A DNA stretch of 64,000 nt. It comes from Actinomycetota bacterium. Its GTDB lineage: Bacteria; Actinomycetota; Nitriliruptoria; Nitriliruptorales; JAHWKO01. Below are positions 61,386-64,000 of the stretch, piece after piece (position 1 is the first letter of the stretch; each line of letters opens with the position of its first letter). The notes under the pieces were generated by a model. That model made no database searches and had not been told where the DNA came from. It was given only the letters and a program-made list of their open reading frames with translations. A program made the translations under genes and the position numbers. Location of the stretch: assembly GCA_019347675.1 (NCBI GenBank), contig JAHWKW010000015.1, forward strand, positions 17,655 through 81,654. Direction: 5' to 3'.

Positions 61386-61503
61386 GTGCTCACCGTACCT
61401 GCGACCTCCGTGTCGGGTCCCGGTCGTTCGAACGAAGGTTCCCTGTCCCGGGCGTGGCGGTCGGGGAGCGTCACCGAGTCTAGGCAACCCCCGGCGTCAC
61501 GGA

Positions 61504-62703
61504 TCATGCCCGTCGACAGACGTACGCCCGCGCCCCCGTATCGAGGCGGACCAGGTGCAGCGTGCGTCCCCGTGGGCCGCGTCGGGGGCGTCCCACGTCG
61601 CGCCAGAAACGTTCCACGTCCACGTCGACACCGTGGGTGCGGATCTCGACCGGGACATCCCCGTGCGCAGCCAGCCACGCGCGGACGGCGCGGGCGCGCA
61701 GCGGGAGCTCGGCTTCGACCGCCCACGTCCGCCACCACGGTGACCGGTCGGGCCGCTGGCCGACCGACAGCAGCGCCCGATGGCGGGCGATGCGCCAGCC
61801 GCCGAAACCTGCGCCGAGCGCGTCGTGGAGGCGGGCGCGGACCGCGGCGGGCGCGCACTCGACCAGCCAATCCCCGGCTGGCCGGACCGGTAGATGCTCG
61901 GCGTCGCGGTCGCGGGAGCAGGTCAACGGCGGGGCGTCGGCACGCAACAGCGTCGCGGTGGCGACCTGCCCGTTGCGGCGCAGCAGACGACCCCACACCA
62001 CCGCTTCGACCAGTTCCGCACCGACCTGGATGAACTCCAGCTCCCCCGGTGGAAGATCGGGGTCGTCCAGCGACACGGCCGGCGAGAGCACCACGGCGTA
62101 CCCGCGTGCCGCCGCCAGCACCGGCTGCAACGCATCCAACGGCGGGTCGTACGCAGCCAGTCGTCGGGCCCGCCCACGAGGGCCACGCCGCGAGGGATCC
62201 ACGTGCACCACGACGCCAGGTCGCGTCGGAGGACGTCGCGCGTCACCCACCACCGGCCGGACGGCAACGGCCCGGACCGTGGCGTTGTGCCGGGCGAGGA
62301 CCAGGCGGGCCTCGTCGCGATCGACCGCAGCGACCACGCTGCCCTGGCGGGCGATCGCCAGGGCGTCACCGCCGACGCCGCTGCACAGGTCCGCGACGAA
62401 CGGGACGTCGCGGAACCGCGTCGCACGCCACGCCGACACGGCCGGGTGGCTGGCCTGTTCCAACGCATCCGGTGTGAACAGCAGGGCGTCGGCGTCGCGG
62501 TGGACGCCTCTGGCTCGGCGGCGCGCATCCGCGCATGCCATCACAGCGGCGCCGCGGGTCGGGCTCAGCCCATCTGCGCGCAGGTCGGACCCGACCTGGA
62601 GAGGATCCTCGCCCCGGTCGAGTCGTGCCGTGGCGTCCGCGACCGCGGCCAACCCCTGCGGACCGGCGACCCAACGGGCGACGTCGGGCGGGAGCGAACC
62701 GCT
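61504..62703 (-). CDS. Class I SAM-dependent methyltransferase with a THUMP-like C-terminal region
   Basis: DLCSGVGGDALAIA SAM motif I. The start is uncertain: GTG at 62703 was chosen, and Met at 62778 is possible. Confidence 0.65.
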   Translation of the reverse strand, partial: SGSLPPDVARWVAGPQGLAAVADATARLDRGEDPLQVGSDLRADGLSPTRGAAVMACADARRRARGVHRDADALLFTPDALEQASHPAVSAWRATRFRDVPFVADLCSGVGGDALAIARQGSVVAAVDRDEARLVLARHNATVRAVAVRPVVGDARRPPTRPGVVVHVDPSRRGPRGRARRLAAYDPPLDALQPVLAAARGYAVVLSPAVSLDDPDLPPGELEFIQVGAELVEAVVWGRLLRRNGQVATATLLRADAPPLTCSRDRDAEHLPVRPAGDWLVECAPAAVRARLHDALGAGFGGWRIARHRALLSVGQRPDRSPWWRTWAVEAELPLRARAVRAWLAAHGDVPVEIRTHGVDVDVERFWRDVGRPRRGPRGRTLHLVRLDTGARAYVCRRA

Positions 62704-62828
62704 CACCGGACCGCCACAACCGGCCTTGTACGCAGCTGTTCCCTCGACTTGCGCGGGTTGTCGCCTAGTCTGCCCCATGCGTGCCGCCGCGGGCGGCGAC
62801 GAACCGGCGAGATGGAGGCGACGCACCG

Positions 62829-63197
62829 ATGGCAGCACCGAGGAAGTCCGCGGGCAAGAAGACGGCCGCCCAGAAAGCCACAGCCCAGAAAGCCACAGCC
62901 AAGAAGGCCACAGCCAAGAAGGCTGCGACGAAGAGAGCGCCGGCCAAGAAGGCCGCCAAGAAGAGCGCGGCGAAGCAGCCGTCGGTGCGTTCAGCGGCGG
63001 CCAAGGCCCGGGGCGCGGCCGAGGACATCTCGGTCGTCGTCACCAGTAGGGTCAAGCAGACGCTGAACAACCTCGACATGCGCATGGACAGCGAGCTCGC
63101 GCACGAGGTCAACCGGCGGGTCCAGAACATGCTGAGTCAGGCCGCGGAACGTGCGAGGTCCAACAAGCGCAGCACCGTCCGACCGCACGACCTGTGA
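62829..63197 (+). CDS. Lys/Ala-repeat protein (H1/HupB-tail-like) with a histone-fold-like (DUF1931-type) C-terminal domain
   Basis: Start taken at MAAPRKSAGKK. AQKATAQKATAKKATAKKAATKRAPAKKAAKKSAAK repeats are followed by VVVTSRVKQTLNNLDMRMDSELAHEVNRRVQNMLSQAAERARSNKRSTVRPHDL. Confidence 0.55.
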   Translation: MAAPRKSAGKKTAAQKATAQKATAKKATAKKAATKRAPAKKAAKKSAAKQPSVRSAAAKARGAAEDISVVVTSRVKQTLNNLDMRMDSELAHEVNRRVQNMLSQAAERARSNKRSTVRPHDL

Positions 63198-63345
63198 GGC
63201 GAGACCGGACGAAGTGACATCAGGCACTGCGCCGCCCTGATGTTCACGCACGTCGGCCCGCGGCCACGTCGATCGACGGTCGGCCGGTGGGATCACTCCG
63301 GTCACGGCAGCGGTCGCGACCCACCGTTCCTACCATGGGATCCGC

Positions 63346-64000
63346 ATGGAACTGCTCCGCTTCGATGGGCCACTCGACGAGACGCTGGTCGAGCCGGTCA
63401 TGGTCGTGGCGTTGGACGGGTGGACCGACGCGGGCAGGTGCGGGTCGGTGGCGGCGGAGCGCCTGCAGGCGCAGTGGCACGCCCAGGTCGTGGCGTCCTT
63501 CGACGGCGACGCCCTGTACGACTACCGCGACCGGCGTCCGATCCTGTCCATCGATCGCGGGCTGCTCGGCGAGCCGACGTGGCCGTCGCTCGATGTCTTC
63601 CACCTGCACGCCGGGGGGGACAAGGACGTGCTGCTGGTGCAAGGCGGCGAGCCCGATTTCGCGTGGCGGCAGCTGTGCGCCGACATCGTCGAGCTCGCCG
63701 CCCACACCGGTGCCCAGCGATACGTGGGGTTGGGAGCGGTCCCGGCACCGGTCCCCCACACCCGCCCGACCCGGCTCACCACGACCGGGAGTGACGAAGA
63801 GCTGCTCGACCGGTTCGGGCGCCCCCACGAGCGGTTGACGGTCCCGGCGTCCTGCCAGGTGATCATCGAAGCGGCCCTGCGCGACGCAGGCCTGCGCACG
63901 TTGGGCCTGTGGGCCCGCATCCCCCACTACGTCGCCGGGGAGTACCCCGCCGGGGCGTTGGTGCTACTCGACGAGCTCGCCGCGATCGTCGAGGCGGACG
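63346..64000 (+). CDS. PAC2 (proteasome assembly chaperone 2-like) family protein, 3' end outside the window
   Basis: Hand translation gives MELLRFDGPLDETLVEPVMVVALDGWTDAGRCGS...LLVQGGEPDFAWRQL...WARIPHYV, the typical actinobacterial PAC2 pattern. It is not in the ORF track because there is no stop in the window. Confidence 0.7.
   Translation, partial: MELLRFDGPLDETLVEPVMVVALDGWTDAGRCGSVAAERLQAQWHAQVVASFDGDALYDYRDRRPILSIDRGLLGEPTWPSLDVFHLHAGGDKDVLLVQGGEPDFAWRQLCADIVELAAHTGAQRYVGLGAVPAPVPHTRPTRLTTTGSDEELLDRFGRPHERLTVPASCQVIIEAALRDAGLRTLGLWARIPHYVAGEYPAGALVLLDELAAIVEAD

Noticed and set aside
61107-61503. A yybP-ykoY (Mn) riboswitch in front of terC.
   Set aside because: terC starts 3 nt after the preceding zinc-ribbon ORF. 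The 118 nt upstream of that ORF do not show the GGGGAGUAG-type core in the correct orientation by eye. A covariance-model scan would be needed to be sure.

Overview
High-GC (about 70% by eye, not computed) actinobacterial-type chromosomal segment with about 65 genes, nearly all on the minus strand. All calls come from reading the supplied ORF translations and the DNA by eye; no searches were run.

- **Left 11 kb:** a complete Gram-positive type IVa pilus cluster, transcribed pilB-pilT-pilC-pilA-pilD-HTH-pilM-pilN-pilO. It is headed by a Roadblock/LC7 protein, a DUF4388 (PATAN) protein and a small Ras-like GTPase. The GTPase stop overlaps the pilB start.
- **Backbone:** housekeeping genes in an order that mirrors the Mycobacterium Rv2552c-Rv2614c region: aroE-mltG-ruvX-alaS, rarA, aspS-hisS, MBL, relA-apt-secF-secD-yajC-ruvBAC, yebC-pdxT-pdxS, pimA-patA-pgsA, HIT-thrS. 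Then come tRNA-Val(CAC), add, lgt, an M23 peptidase, VanW, PspC, rnhA, terC and PAC2.
- **Accessory interruptions:**
  - a DUF559 gene bracketed by a 61-bp palindrome-containing repeat (5 tandem copies plus 1 solo copy)
  - a lower-GC islet of five small ORFs (40.2-42.5 kb) beside a frameshifted TrkA-C channel gene
  - an EF-G paralogue
  - an HD-domain gene between yajC and secD
  - a Lys/Ala-repeat plus histone-fold-like protein
- **Other signals:** a perfect GAAC-N4-GTTC LexA box in front of ruvC, strong hairpins flanking pilA, and in-frame tandem duplications inside aspS, rarA and relA.
- **Not seen:** CRISPR, rRNA, transposase or integrase.

The best candidate for something new is the GTPase/Roadblock/PATAN trio hard-wired to the pilus motor. 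MshEN-like (c-di-GMP-type) N-terminal motifs appear on PilB, on an unusually extended PilT and on the PATAN protein.
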